Source of the DNA: Octopus vulgaris
Taxonomy: Eukaryota
DNA: 64,000 nt
Assembly: GCA_951406725.2 (NCBI GenBank)
Contig: OX597824.1
Location: forward strand, 82,646,001 to 82,710,000
Reading direction: 5' to 3'
The notes beneath the pieces were generated by a model. It did no database searches and was not told the origin of the DNA. It saw only the letters and a list, made by a program, of their open reading frames with translations. Below are positions 29,264 through 43,932 of this stretch, in pieces (position 1 is the first letter of the stretch; the number at the start of each line of letters is the position of its first letter). Position numbers and translations under genes: made by a program.

Positions 29264-29823
29264 CATTGAGTGAGAGAGCAGTGCATGCCATCAAAGTGAC
29301 ACTGGGGTAAAATATACGAAGCCCAATATACCCATCATGACTACCCGTCTGATAAAGGTACACCAGGACACATGCATCACAACCATATGTGCGCGACATG
29401 GTGATCTCATATCAAGATAAACAGCACATGACCTTGCAGGTGGGGCCCAGTTAGAATTTTCTTCAGGTTGAGTAGCCCATCCCGCTCAAACGGTCCCTGA
29501 ATAAGGGTTGTTTAAGTATGTTGAAAGAACCACCCATGTTTCCAGAGGTGAACTAATCAAACCCCAAAGAATCCCTCTCAACACATGGCTATGATGCTCC
29601 CCCACTACTTCTGCTCGTGATCAGAGATGCACATATCGTCAGCCACTAAGGGACATACTCAACTGGTTACGGTCAAACAACTGACAAGCAAATCTGTGGT
29701 ATTGAGCAGAATATTTGCTGTAGCCCATCTTTTATACCAAAACAAAACAATGCACATGATAACACTTCCAATCAGTTAAGATCAGAAGCCATGAGAGCCA
29801 CTGCCTGGTACTGCATCAGGGCA
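29263..29823. mobile_element. (TTA)n-embedded repeat, possibly an R4/Dong-like UTR; partial copy at 29018-29180
   Basis: Bounded by TTA tracts; atccctctcaacacatggctatgatgctcccccactacttctgct and caactgacaagcaaatctgtgg...gctgtagccc occur in both copies. Confidence 0.55.
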
Positions 29824-29829
29824 TTATTA

Positions 29830-29882
<53 letters not shown>

Positions 29883-30242
29883 TTTATTATCATTATTATG
29901 TTGAATGTTTGTTTACATTTTGACCCGTTACACCAACATTACAGCAATCCACTCCGCACGCTCCAGCGAAACTGTCAGGATTGCACACACACACACACAG
30001 ACACACACACACAGGCACACACACAGACACACACACACACACTCACACACACGCACATACACACACAGGCACATACGCACATACACACAACAATCTTTTT
30101 TTGTTTTCCACTATCTTCTCCATCTTTCAATTCTCTTCGTTTGTCATCCTTTTTTTCCTTCCCCTTCCTCTTCTTCTCCCCCATCTTGCCCTTCTCCTCC
30201 TCCTACTACTACTACAACTACTACTACTATTACAACTACCAT

Positions 30243-30324
<82 letters not shown>

Positions 30325-30662
30325 ATTGCAACTTGTGCTACTTGTCCCTTAAAGTCTAGGTCAGCAGTTATCTGACCGACCATTTCCCTTCTTTTAAGTC
30401 GGACATCGGCTGACTGACTGTTGAGCAATGTTGTCTGAAATTACACACACACACACACACGTACGTACATACATACATACATACGCATGTACGTACGTAC
30501 GTACACGCATGCATATATAAATATATATGGATGTCTATCTATATATGAGTGTGTGTGTGTGCGTGTGCATTTATGCATACACACATATATGTATATATAA
30601 ATATATATATATATATATTATGTATATATATGTGTGTGTATGTATATATATATTCATATATA

Positions 30663-30741
<79 letters not shown>

Positions 30742-31469
30742 TGTATATATGTGTGTGTATGCGTGTATATACATATATATATATATACACACAAACACAC
30801 ACACACACACATACAGTCTGGTGGCTATGTTTTACTGTTTTTTTACTGTTTTTGTTAATCGTTTTTTGCAGATAAGAAAGTGTGTACGATCGCACATGCC
30901 CTCACTGTATACAAATATAGATATCATCAGGTCACGTCGGAGGAGGAGGAGGAGGAGGAGAAACGAACAGGAGGAGCGGCAGGACCTGGAGGAGCAGGAC
31001 GGGACGGGATGGTGGCGGGGGGGGGGGTGGGGGTGAGTATGTGTGAGTTGCTGAATGGCGACTGATAAAAATTGCTCCAGAGCAAAATCCTGCTTAAAAC
31101 ACTGACCAATCATTTGGCCCCAGCAACAGTAAGGGGGAGTAATCCTACTAACCTCTTTAATTTCAGCATCAGTCTACTTTCACTTTCGTTTTGCTCGTTT
31201 TATTCTTTTATAGTTTTTTATTTTATTTATTCCTTTTTGATATCTTTTTACTCATCGTTTAGCTTCTCTCTCAGTCTATCTCGTCAACACTATCTCAATT
31301 ATTTTTTTTTTTGCTGTCTCTCTTCCTATTTATCTCTCGTTCATTTTCTCACTCATTCACAGAATCTCTCCATTTTCCCTCTCCCTCTCCTTTCCATGAT
31401 GGATAACTATTTTTATGCATTTATCTCTCTAACTTTCTTTATCCCTATGTTTTTTTCCGTTTTGTCTTC

Positions 31470-31503
<34 letters not shown>

Positions 31504-31616
31504 TTCTCTTTTTCCTTTCTTCTACGTAGTCATTTAGGCATATATGTAAAATAGTAATAGGGAAGAATAATGCTGTCTGTGCCTAACACACACTCACACA
31601 CACACACACACACAAC

Positions 31617-31660
<44 letters not shown>

Positions 31661-31693
31661 TATATACATATATACATATATATATATATATAC

Positions 31694-31724
<31 letters not shown>

Positions 31725-31740
31725 CGTGCGTGTGTGTGTG

Positions 31741-31940
31741 ACTACATGGGGATTGTTGGCGACTTTTTCCCCCGTCTTTCTTTTCTCTTGGACTTTCCTT
31801 TTCTCCTGCTTCTGAAGAAGAGCTTTGCTCGAAACGTAGAACACCCTTTCTTTCCTTCCCTGAGCGTATTAATACTTTGCGTGTATCACGTCCTCACGTT
31901 GTTGCTTTTCCTTGTTTTTGTCTTCGTTTCTTTTATTAAT
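31741..31940 (+). mobile_element. Penelope-like terminal-repeat fragment with a minimal hammerhead motif
   Basis: CTGAAGA-a-gagc-ttt-gctc-GAAACGTA at about 31812-31838; ends in a TA tract. Confidence 0.65.
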
Positions 31941-31953
31941 TATATATACATAC

Positions 31954-32054
<101 letters not shown>

Positions 32055-32202
32055 AGATATTATATATATATATATACACACACATATATAAATCACACCA
32101 CTTGTCGTATGGCTAACACCATATAGATTTCCGGTGCATCCTAGTTAAGGACCATATTCATGTGAATTCATTGGAATTCACTTGAATCTCAATTACTTAA
32201 AC

Positions 32203-32236
<34 letters not shown>

Positions 32237-32264
32237 CATGTATGTATAAACATGCGTACATACA

Positions 32265-32753
32265 TCATCATCATCATTGTTCGACCGTGGTCGAGACAAT
32301 GGAATTTACCATGCTACGCCAGACTTCACGGTCCATCATGGCATTACGGAGGTCCTGTTGCTGGATGCCTGTATCCCTGGAGATTACACCAGGGTAGGAG
32401 AGTGTGCGCCCTCTGGCATTACGAGTAGATTGCTTCCAGAGGAGAAGAGTAGAAATTACCTCTTTTTCAGCTCTTCAACAATGTCCAGCAAACTGGACTC
32501 TCCTACCTTTCACAAGAGATGACACAGGTGGTAGTTTCCCATATATTTGCATTTTGGTTGGATGGCTCTTCCACGAGAGATTTTGAACTCTCATAAGGAG
32601 GCGAATGTAGGTTCCATCCAACCGCCTCTCAAGCTTCTTTGATAACGTCCAGGTTTCTGAGCCATATCGTAGAATTGGTTCGACTGTGGCTTTAAAGATT
32701 TCAAGTTTGAAGTCTCTACCTAGATTTGATGACCAGATCTTATGCATGTCATT
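32265..32753 (-). mobile_element. 5'-truncated RTE-clade LINE
   Basis: Close copy of 13450-13937 with an internal stop; flanked by (t)acataca repeats. Confidence 0.92.
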
Positions 32754-33184
32754 ACATACATACATACATATATTCACTCACAGACAACAAACACACACAC
32801 ATTATCACAAACATTCACACACATATGGTTATACATACGTACCTATCAACTAAGTCAGTTTAGAAACAGATTTCAAGTTATCTGCACATTTCCAGTTCTT
32901 TACACGAGGTTTTCGTAATGTTAAGTTAGAAATAATTGATCTGTAATATTTACGATGGCTGATCAAATTAACAAAGATGTCTTGACCAAACTCACTAAAT
33001 CTGCTGCCAAACCCACCAGAACGCTTCCACAATGTTTTGGCGAAAATTCTTTAGTTTCAAACACGAATTTTTGAGTGTTACACGTGTTTCTAAAGAAGCT
33101 GAGTTTTGGTTCAAGATATATAAGCAGTTGGGTTGCCTAACTTTTAGCAAAAATGCGAGGAAATGTACAAAATGTTCCAGAATT

Positions 33185-33578
33185 GGATGGAAGCACTCCG
33201 TCGGTTACGACGATGAGGGTTCCGGTTGATCCGATCAACGGAACAGCCTGCTCGTGAAATTAACGTGTAAGTGGCTGAGCACTCCACAGACACGTATACC
33301 CTTAACGTAGTTCTCGGGGATATTCAGCGTGACATAGAGAGTGACAAGGCCGGCCCTTTGAAATACAGGTACAACAGAAACAGGAAGTAAGAGCGGAGTG
33401 AGAGAAAGTTGAGACGAAAGAGTACAACAGGGGTCGCCACCACGATCCCCCTGCCGGAGCCTCGTGGAGCTTTAGGTGTTTTCGCTCAATAAACACTCAC
33501 TACGCCCGGTCTGGGAATCGAAACCGCGATCCTCCGACCGCGAGTCCGCTGCCCTAACCACTGGGCCATTGCGCCTCC
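33185..33578 (-). mobile_element. SINE family C, full length
   Basis: TSD gttccagaatt at 33174-33184 and 33579-33589. Confidence 0.93.
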
Positions 33579-33759
33579 GTTCCAGAATTAATCCAAGACA
33601 AATCAGGTGTTCTTTCATGGGTGTAAACTGAGACGTAGATGAAACTGAGTCATTCAGGAAAAAGACTTTCTACGGTACTTTTGCTAACACTCCCTGTGTT
33701 CCACAAATATTTCGAATGGAGTATTTGGGCCCCGCATTTCAATAATGCATGAGCTACAC

Positions 33760-34045
33760 CAGTGGTTCCCAAACTTTCTCGGGCTTCCGCTCCCTTGGCA
33801 TCCAGGCTACAGTCCTAGCGCCCCTCCTCCAACTTACCACCAAAAACATAGACCTCTTTCTGAAGCAAAATCAAAGCAACTGCATTTCACAAATAAAACT
33901 TAAATAAATTAACCTATTATTTTGTTGTTTTTAAATCAGCTGCTCCCTTTTAGCTGCCCCATTATCATCCCACTTTTCTTCAAAGCCCCCTTGGAACATT
34001 CCCCTGCTCCCAGGAAGGCAGTGCTGCCCAATTTGCGAACCATTA
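33760..34045. mobile_element. hAT MITE
   Basis: TIRs cagtggttcccaaa ... tttgcgaaccatta; perfect 8-bp TSD agctacac (33752-33759, 34046-34053). Confidence 0.88.
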
Positions 34046-34127
34046 AGCTACACTATTTCCTGGAGTCCTGCAAATTATTTAGAACTGGTCTGGGAACTCT
34101 CTCACGGCATCCGTTATATATATGTGT

Positions 34128-34511
34128 GGAGGCGCAATGGCCCAGTGGTTAGGGCAGCGGACTCGCGGTCATAGGATCGCGGTTTCGATTCCCAGACCGG
34201 GCGTTGTGAGTGTTTATTGAGCGAAAACACCTAAAAGCTCCACGAGGTTCCGGCAGGGGATGGTGGTGATCCCTGCTGTACTCTTTCACCACAACTTTCT
34301 CTCACTCTTACTTCCTGTTTTCTGTTGTACCTGTAATTCAAAGGGCCGGCCTTGTCACTCTCTGTGTCACGCTGAATATCCCCGAGAACTACGTTAAGGG
34401 TGCACGTGTCTGTGGAGTGCTCAGCCACTTACACGTTAATTTCACGAGCAGGCTGTTCCGTTGATTCGGATCAACCGGAACCCTCATCGTCGTAACCGAC
34501 GGAGTGCTTCC
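34128..34511 (+). mobile_element. SINE family C, full length
   Basis: A/B boxes; flanking atatatgtgt direct repeat. Confidence 0.93.
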
Positions 34512-34619
34512 ATATATGTGTGTACATGAATGTGGGAGTGTACGTATATGAAGAGAAATATGTGTATGAGTGTTTCTCTGTGAGAGTGTAAGTGAGTATT
34601 TATTTTGTTTATGCGCCCT

Positions 34620-34882
34620 TTTCAAGCCTAGCAAGGCTCATGGGCCCGGTTTCCCGGTTCCTGTTGCGTATGTGCCCCCCCCCCCCACCCCAGCTAGACG
34701 GAACGCCAGTCCATCGCAGCGTTACTCAAGAATCAAGGAAGAAAGAGTGAGAGAAAGTTGGGGGCGAAAGAGTACAACAGGGATCGACACCCACCAACCC
34801 CCTGCCGGAGCCTCGTGGGGCTTTGGGTGTTTTTCGCTCAATAAACACACACAATCGAAACCGCAATCCTCCGACCGCGAGT
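34620..34882 (-). mobile_element. SINE H1+T2, partial
   Basis: Related to 14211-14505. Confidence 0.75.
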
Positions 34883-34894
34883 CATTTTTAGAAA

Positions 34895-35235
34895 AGGGCA
34901 GCCAGCTGGCAGAAACGTTAGCAATCCGCGCAAATTGCGGTATTTCATCTGTCTTTATGTTCTGAGTTCAAATTCCACCGAGGTCGACTTTGCCTTTCAT
35001 CCTTTCGGGGTCGATAAATTAAGTACCAGTTGCGTACTGTGGTCGATCTAATCCATTGGTCTTCCGCCCCAAAAATAAGAGCGCCGGGCAAAATGCTTAG
35101 CGGTATTTCCTTATGTTCTGAGTTCAAATTCCACCGAGGTCGACTTTGGCTTCCATCCTAATCGGAATCGATAAAATAAGTACCAGTTGAACAGAGATCA
35201 ATTGCTGGCCTTGTGCCAAAATTCGAAACCATTAT
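34895..35235 (+). mobile_element. Two tandem partial SINE B copies
   Basis: gttctgagttcaaattccaccgaggtcgacttt occurs twice. Confidence 0.8.
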
Positions 35236-35603
35236 TAATTTCTAGGAAAACAAAATGGATGCAGATTTCATCAGAATACGAAACTACATCAAATCTACGC
35301 TTAAAAATAATATGGTAAAAGTTTGAAATACTTCAGGTGGTGGGAAGAAATTTAACAACATCCGTGTTTTTTTCTTAAAGATGGACTGTTATTTCTAGCT
35401 GGTCGAACAACCATTTAATACCTCCCTAAATTATGATTGTAAGCGGAGACGACGTCGGTGTAGTAGTCGGAGTACATGTGTTTGCGCGTGTATATATGAG
35501 GGATCTTTTTTGTTTGACTGCATTTTAAAATTTGGTGTATTAATGTAGTTTGCCAAGCTGAATCACAGGAGACACTTCACTTTTTGCATATTTTTTTAAT
35601 AGT

Positions 35604-35673
<70 letters not shown>

Positions 35674-35872
35674 TAGAGATCTAAAGTTTGATCGTTTTCA
35701 CCCAGTCAGAAAACAGGATTTAGAAGCTGTCACGTTGTGCGTGACATGTATATGTGAAGTATGTGGGTGTGTGAGCGCGCGTGTTCACATTGTGATGTGA
35801 GTTTGCATGCATGAGTGACCGCAAACATTATCATTTGTGTGTATGCGTGAGTGCATGTAAATGCATATGTGA

Positions 35873-35914
<42 letters not shown>

Positions 35915-36283
35915 TTGTGCCCAAGAGTGTGTGAATGTGTATGTTATTCTACGTTTTTTAAAATTTTGTTTTGTTTTTTTTTGTTTTTTGCTTTTTGTTT
36001 CTACAGTGTTTATGCGTGAGTGCGCGTGAATGGATGTGTGTCTAAACGCATAATTTCTTTTTGTTTAATCCCGGGTCGGTCCTGATCGAGCAGACCTATG
36101 ATCAAAGGCAATCCAGTCATAAAATGCCTTTATTTTATTCCCCCCACCCCACACCCCATTCTATGCAGAAAACCCCCAGACTGTGCGACGTGATTTGAGG
36201 GAAACTCTCGTTACTATTTCAAGCATGCGTGACACCACATACGCGTTAGTTGTTCGGCTCGTAAATGTGTTCTGTGCGTGTGT

Positions 36284-36313
36284 GTATAGGCGACAGTACA
36301 TGTCAGAGCGCAT

Positions 36314-36386
<73 letters not shown>

Positions 36387-36425
36387 CGTGTGTGTATACG
36401 CGACAGTACATGTCAGGGCGCATTC

Positions 36426-36461
<36 letters not shown>

Positions 36462-36506
36462 GTGTGGGGGGGGGGTATAGGCGACAGTACATGTCAGAGC
36501 GCATTC

Positions 36507-36562
<56 letters not shown>

Positions 36563-36628
36563 ATGTGTGTATACGCGACAGTACATGTCAGGGCGCATTC
36601 GTGTGTGTGTGTGTGTGTGTGTGCGTGC

Positions 36629-36674
<46 letters not shown>

Positions 36675-36708
36675 GTGTATAGGCGACAGTACATGTCAGG
36701 GCGCATTC

Positions 36709-36755
<47 letters not shown>

Positions 36756-36804
36756 CGTGTGTGTATAGGCGACAGTACATGTCAGAGCGCATTCGTGTGT
36801 GTGT

Positions 36805-36855
<51 letters not shown>

Positions 36856-36894
36856 CGTGTGTGTATAGGCGACAGTACATGTCAGAGCGCATTC

Positions 36895-36926
<32 letters not shown>

Positions 36927-36958
36927 GTGTATAGGCGACAGTACATGTCAGAGCGCAT

Positions 36959-36997
<39 letters not shown>
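36284..36997. repeat. Compound array: 8 copies of a 32-bp core separated by variable (GT)n
   Basis: gtataggcgacagtacatgtcagagcgcattc at about 36284, 36394, 36475, 36569, 36677, 36763, 36863, 36929. Confidence 0.92.
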
Positions 36998-37001
<4 letters not shown>

Positions 37002-37148
37002 TATGCGTGTCTATGTGTGCCTCTAAATACGCCTGTATGCGATCGTATGACTCAATATGTGCGTACGCGAGGGTATATGAGTATGCGTGAGAGTGTGTGT
37101 GTACGTGTGTTGTGTGTGTGTGTATGTGTATGTGCAGTCGCGGGTATA

Positions 37149-37180
<32 letters not shown>

Positions 37181-37698
37181 CAGGTGCGAGTATGTGTGCG
37201 TGCGTGTATGTGTCTGTGCGCAGTCGCGGGTATATGTGTGCGTGTGTATGTGTGTATGTGTGAAGTCGGAAGTATATGTGTGTATGTGTGCAGGCGCGAG
37301 TATGTGTGCGTGCGTGTGCGTATGTGTGTATGTGTATGTGTGTGTATGAGTGTTTATGTGTGTAGACGCGTATGCGCGTGTGTATGTGTGTGCGTGCGCG
37401 CGCACGTGTGTGTGCGTGTGTGTACAGGCGGGTGTTATATGAGTGTGTATGTATGTAATATGCGTATGTGTGTGTGAGTGTGTATGTGTGTGCAGGCGTA
37501 TGTGTGCACGTGTGTATGTGCGTGTGTGAGTGTGCAAGCGCGAGTATATTTCTGCATATGTATGTGTGTACGTGTGTGTGTGTGTGTGTACGTGTGTATG
37601 TGTATGTAAGTGTGTGTATAAGTGTGTATGTGTGTGTGTGCAGGTGCAAGTCTGTGCGTGCGTATGAGACCGAGCGTTCGCAAGCGCGAATCTGTGTG

Positions 37699-37753
<55 letters not shown>

Positions 37754-38108
37754 AATGCATGTACGTATCTGCATCTACGTACGCATGCGTGCTGACATAT
37801 GTATGTATGTTTACGTACTTGCGCGTGTATACTTGTTAGCGTGTATGTTTATAAATATATACCAGCGATGAAGTCGAGTGCGCGCGCGTTTGTGTGTGTC
37901 TTTGACTTCCACCCGGGGACTTCATACGACAGCAAGCAGTAATCATAAAGGGGTGGGCGACAACGGGTGGTGTCGATTGACGAGACAAAATATCGTCGGA
38001 GTGCGTCTAAGCGTGCCATTCCATATATAGACACGTGTTCTATAGATTTGTAATAGCTATACATACAGAAATAAATCTATAAAGATATAGACGCATGTAA
38101 GAGATGAT

Positions 38109-38144
<36 letters not shown>

Positions 38145-38192
38145 GTTTAAATATTTGTTGGCTAAACTGGCAATATGACCATTCCGAAATAT

Positions 38193-38230
<38 letters not shown>

Positions 38231-38340
38231 TAATATATTATATGTGCGCGTGTGTGTATATGATTGTTTTTTTCTGGGTGAGTATAAGTGTGTGTATATA
38301 TGAAAGTAGATAGATAGATAGATAGATTGATGGATGGATG

Positions 38341-38500
<160 letters not shown>

Positions 38501-38667
38501 TGTTTATTAGCCACACAGGGCTGAACACAGACGGGATAAATTACAAGGTAGAGCTTTTCTTTTGGGGGAGAAAAAAGGAGGTAGGTTTTCGATCAAAAGG
38601 GATCGTAAAAAAGAAAGAAAAGAAAAAAAAACGATCAATAGGGATCGTGTATCACACGATTCCTATT

Positions 38668-38757
<90 letters not shown>

Positions 38758-38832
38758 AAGATAGATAGAAAGATAGATAGATAGGTATATAGATAGATAG
38801 ACAGATAGACAGACAGACAGATAGATAGATAA

Positions 38833-38881
<49 letters not shown>

Positions 38882-38958
38882 AAATTAGACATACGTATAC
38901 ATTATATACGAGACAAATGCTGTGTGTGTGTGGTGTGTGTGTGGTGTGTGTTTGTGTG

Positions 38959-38996
<38 letters not shown>

Positions 38997-39083
38997 TGTG
39001 CCTGCGTGTGTCTGTGCCTGCGTGTGTGTGTGTAAGAGAGTGACAGAGAGCCAAAGAGAGGGAGAGAAGGAGAGAGTGTGAGA

Positions 39084-39153
<70 letters not shown>

Positions 39154-39629
39154 CTTCTGCACCACATCAAAAGCACAGGAGGAATGTGTTGACATTGTCA
39201 TTTCACTCACAGCTAGGCTTTGTCATGTAAAAATTTATTCCGTTTCTTCAGATTTACGGTGTATCGGACGTGTGTGTGTGTGTGTGTGTATGAAGTGTGT
39301 GTGTGTGAAGTGTGGTGTAGTGTGCGCGCGCGCAATATGTAAATTTTTGCTCAGCGTCACAGCATTCCTTCTATTTCTCTGCATAATGGTTACTGTTACT
39401 TATGCCAAACTGATGAACGTATCAAAGAATCTTCGAATAAGTAACAAACCGAAACGCCATCGATGGTACTACGAGGAATATGCTTTCTACAAAAGCACCG
39501 GATTTTTTCTGTTTAGCTGCCACTTTTGAATTTCACCAATTTTTGTTCCAATTGATTTCATATTTGGTGTATTCGTGTAGTTTTGTAAAGTAACCATTGT
39601 CATAAAATTCATGTTCACCATAAATCATG

Positions 39630-39796
39630 TATGTGCATTTGTATGTATGTATGAATGTTTATATGTATGTATGTATGTGTCCATCATATATGCATGCATT
39701 CATGTATGGGCATTTGTATGTATGCGTGTATGTATGTATGTATGTATGTATGTATGTATGTATGTATGTATGTATGTATGTATGCATGTATGTATG

Positions 39797-39828
<32 letters not shown>

Positions 39829-39888
39829 CATGTATGTATGTATGCATGTATGTATGTATGCATGTATGTATGTATATATGTATGTATG

Positions 39889-39920
<32 letters not shown>

Positions 39921-39968
39921 CATGTATGTATGTATGCATGTATGTATGTATGTATGTATGTATGTATG

Positions 39969-40000
<32 letters not shown>

Positions 40001-40472
40001 CATGTATGTATATATGTATGTATGTATGCATCTTTGTATGTATGTATGTATGTATGCATGTATGTATGTATGCATGTATGTATATATGTATGTATGTAAG
40101 CATGTATGTATGCATGTATGTACGTATGTATGCATGTATGTATGTAAGCATGTATGTATGTTTGAATGTATCTATGTATATATGTATGTATATATGTATG
40201 TATGCATGTATGTATATATGCATGTATGTATGTAGGCATGTATGTATGTATATATGTATGTATGCATGTATCCATGTATGCATGTATGTATGTATGCATG
40301 TATGTATATATGTATGTATATATGTATGTATGTATGCATGTATGTATGCATGTATGTACGTATGTACGCATGTATGTATGTATGTATGCATGTATGTATG
40401 TATGCATGTATGTATGCATGTATGAATGTATGTATATATGTATGTATGTATGCATGTATGTATGTACGCATG

Positions 40473-40506
<34 letters not shown>

Positions 40507-41030
40507 TGTATCTATGCATGCATGTATGTATGTATGCATGTATGTATGTATGCATGTATGTATGTATGTATATACGTATGTATCTATGTATCTATGTATG
40601 CATGTATGTATGTATGCATGTATGTACGTATGTATGCATGTATGTATGTATGCATGCATGTATGTATGTATGTATGTATATATGCATGTATGTATGTATG
40701 TATGCATGTATGTATCCATCATGTTTGTATGCATTCATGTATGGGCATTTTTATGTATGCATGTACGTATGCATGTATGTATGTGTGTATGTATGCATGC
40801 ATATATGGATATTATGTTCGTATGTGTGAATGCATGTATGTATGTATATATGTATGTATGTATGTATGTATGTTTGCATGCATGTATGTATGTATATATG
40901 TATGTATGCATGTATGTATGAATGCATTACGTATGCATGTATGCATGTATGTATGCATGTATGTATGTATGCTTGTTTGTATGTATGTATCTATGCAAAC
41001 ATATATGTATGTATGTATGCATACAAGTAC
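39630..41030. repeat. 1.4-kb degenerate (TATG)n/(CATG) satellite
   Basis: Directly visible. Confidence 0.95.
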
Positions 41031-42199
41031 GAACGTAAACATGTTCAGGGTTATAAATTATCTACGCGTGTCTTTGAAAGTATTAAATTGTATTTCTTTG
41101 TACGTGTGTGTGTGTGTGTGTGTGTGTACTTGTGTGTATGCTTGTGTGTGTGTGTGCACGTGTGGTGTGTATTTGTGTGCAAATATATGTATATACATAT
41201 TTACACAGAAAAGCTTACACAAATATATATGTGCGAGTGTGTTTATGTGCGTGTATGTGTATGTGTAAGTGTATATATATATATATATGCTTGTATACGC
41301 GTGTGCGTGTATGTGAGCATATATGTACATACATATGTATGTATGTATGTATATGTATGCATATGTATGTGTGTGTGTGTGTATGCACGTCTACATAAAC
41401 ACGTACGCAGCGATAGCAGCATAACACAAACACCCAGATGTCCGTTCTGTGTATAAGCGTGTACGCGTATATACATATATAATATATTCGTATGTGTGTA
41501 TGCCTGTGTGTGTGTGTGTGTGTGTGTATACGAGAGAGAGAGAGAGAGAGAGAGAGCTGAAGCCCTCACCTTGAACTGTTCTCACGAGTCTCATATTACC
41601 AAGGAGAGACACACCAACCAGCAAAGAGGTTTCTCTTTTGCTTTTGTTTGTTTTTCATTTTTGTGTCTTGTTTTCTTTTAAAAAAAATATTAGGGGTCTC
41701 TGGAAGGGAACAACGAAGCAGACGACTATATAGGGTAGAGAAAAGAGGGATTGATGGAGGGGAGCAACAGAAACTAAATCCTAATCAAAACTAAGACAAA
41801 TCTAAAACCCCACCAAAAAATGCGCAAAATTATCAAAAAGTCGGTCAAACGTCTGCGTGTCCATGTCAACGTTACAAAGTTACTCCCCTTCGTTATTGCG
41901 CTCTCCACCACCACTAACCTTTGTCGAAACTTGAAATCCTCACTTTTTCCTGCTCATCTTTTAACTGCCAATCTAGAACCACGTTAATCCCCTTTTGTAT
42001 GTAATGGGGGGGAGGCGGGGGTTTGTTTCTGTGTTCTTTTCTTATCTACCTCATTACCTTTAGTGTGATATCTTTAAAACAGCCCCCTTGTCTATCTGTC
42101 TGTCTGTATGTCTGTCTGCGTGTCAATATATCTATCTTCTTTGCCTCGCCATCTGCTTATTTACATGATCGTATATTTTTGTCGGTCAGTATCTGTTTT

Positions 42200-42248
<49 letters not shown>

Positions 42249-42484
42249 TTATCTGTTGTCTGTTTGTCTGTCTGTCCATATGTATGATATGTGCACATGT
42301 GTATCCATACGCACGTGTATGTGTGAATGTGTGTGTACAATGACTACATTTGTATCTTTATATACATATGTATGCATTGCATATGTATATTTATGTGTGT
42401 ATGTATATATATATACACACATATATACAATTTTTCTAACTACCCTTGTATCTATATATCTATCTATCAATGAGTTATGTAAGC

Positions 42485-42567
<83 letters not shown>

Positions 42568-42854
42568 CTGATTGATTGATTGACTGATTGATACGAATTT
42601 GTCGTGTGTGTCTGTGTGTGTGTGAGCGCATGTATTTATTTATCGCAAATGAAAATATGACAAGCAGCGAACGTTCTTACTGCCAAGAACCAAATCCGCG
42701 AGACTCCGAAAACGTATTAACTGCGATGGTTAGGACATAAAAAGGGAATTCCAGATATAAAAATTCCCGAAAGGGTTCTGTAGTTTGAACCTTCAGGAGG
42801 ACACAACCTAAAAGGCGCACCTAAGAAATGCTTTCGTGATTTCATCCCGCAACT

Positions 42855-43130
42855 GGCACTCCATCGGTTATAACGACGAAGGTTCCAGTTGATCCGATCA
42901 ACGGAACAGCCAGCTCGTAAAATTAACGTGAATGTGGCTGAGCACTCGGCAGACACGCCAACCCTTAAAATAATTCTCAAGGATATTCAGCGTGTTACAG
43001 GGTGCGACAAGGCTGGCCCTTTGGATTACAGGTACAGCTCATTCTTTGCCAGCAGCGTGGAATGGAGCAACGTGAAATAAAGTGTCTTGCTCAATGATAC
43101 AACGCGCCGCTGGGAATTGAACTCATGAAC
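42855..43130 (-). mobile_element. Degenerate SINE H2+T1
   Basis: Aligns to 6221-6490. Confidence 0.8.
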
Positions 43131-43212
43131 CTAACAACAAAGTCTCGTACCTTTCCAGAAAAGAGCACGTACTTATTTAATACCCAAACTAACTCGTGGT
43201 ATAAGAGGTCAT

Positions 43213-43637
43213 AAGGCGGCGAGCTGGCAGAATCGTTAGCACACCGGGCGAAATGCTTAGCAGTATTTCGTCTGCCACTACGTTCTGAGTTCAAATTCCG
43301 CCGAGGTCGACTTTGCCTTTCATCCTTTCGGGGTCGATTAAATAAGTACCAGTTACGCACTGTGGTCGATATAATCGACTTAATCCGTTTGTCTGTCCTT
43401 GTTTGTCCCCTCTGTGTTTAGCCCCTTGTGGGTAGTAAAGAAATAGAAATAGATATTTCGTCTGCGGTTACGTTCTGGGTTCAAATTCCGCCGAGGTCGA
43501 CTTTGCCTTTCATCCTTTTGGTGTCAATTAAATAAGTACCAGTTACGCACTGTGGTCGATATAATCGACTTAATCCGTTTGTCTGTCTTTATTTGTCCCC
43601 TCTGTGTTTAGCCCCTTGTGGTTAGTAAAGAAATAGG
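43213..43637 (+). mobile_element. SINE family B with a tandem duplication of its 3' ~185 bp
   Basis: Full copy 43213-43446, then repeat 43453-43637. Confidence 0.9.
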
Positions 43638-43932
43638 TATAAGAGATCACTGAAAGCCAAGAGAACAGGAAGCAAGCCTGCAGAGACGCACCGTTTCTGT
43701 AGATCGCGCTGTCCACGTGAAGCTGAAGTTTAAAGAATCTGCAGCAAAGATTGAGTTAAGCGATTTGTCCTGCGAGAAGAACAATCGGTGCAGCTTTGGT
43801 TTCGATTTCTTTTTAACCAAACGATTCATCTTCAAATATCGGAAAGCAGTTATGGAGAATGGAAAGGTCAGTTAGGTTGATAATGAAACTGTGGAAATAT
43901 CCACGACAACTGTGAAACGATTATATATACAT

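Noticed and set aside
36284-36997. CRISPR array
   Set aside because: Spacers are simple (GT)n, there are no cas genes, and the context is eukaryotic
39405-39472. Hammerhead-like ctgatga...gaaac with the ccatcgatgg palindrome
   Set aside because: No stem II or stem I pairing and no correctly placed NUH triplet
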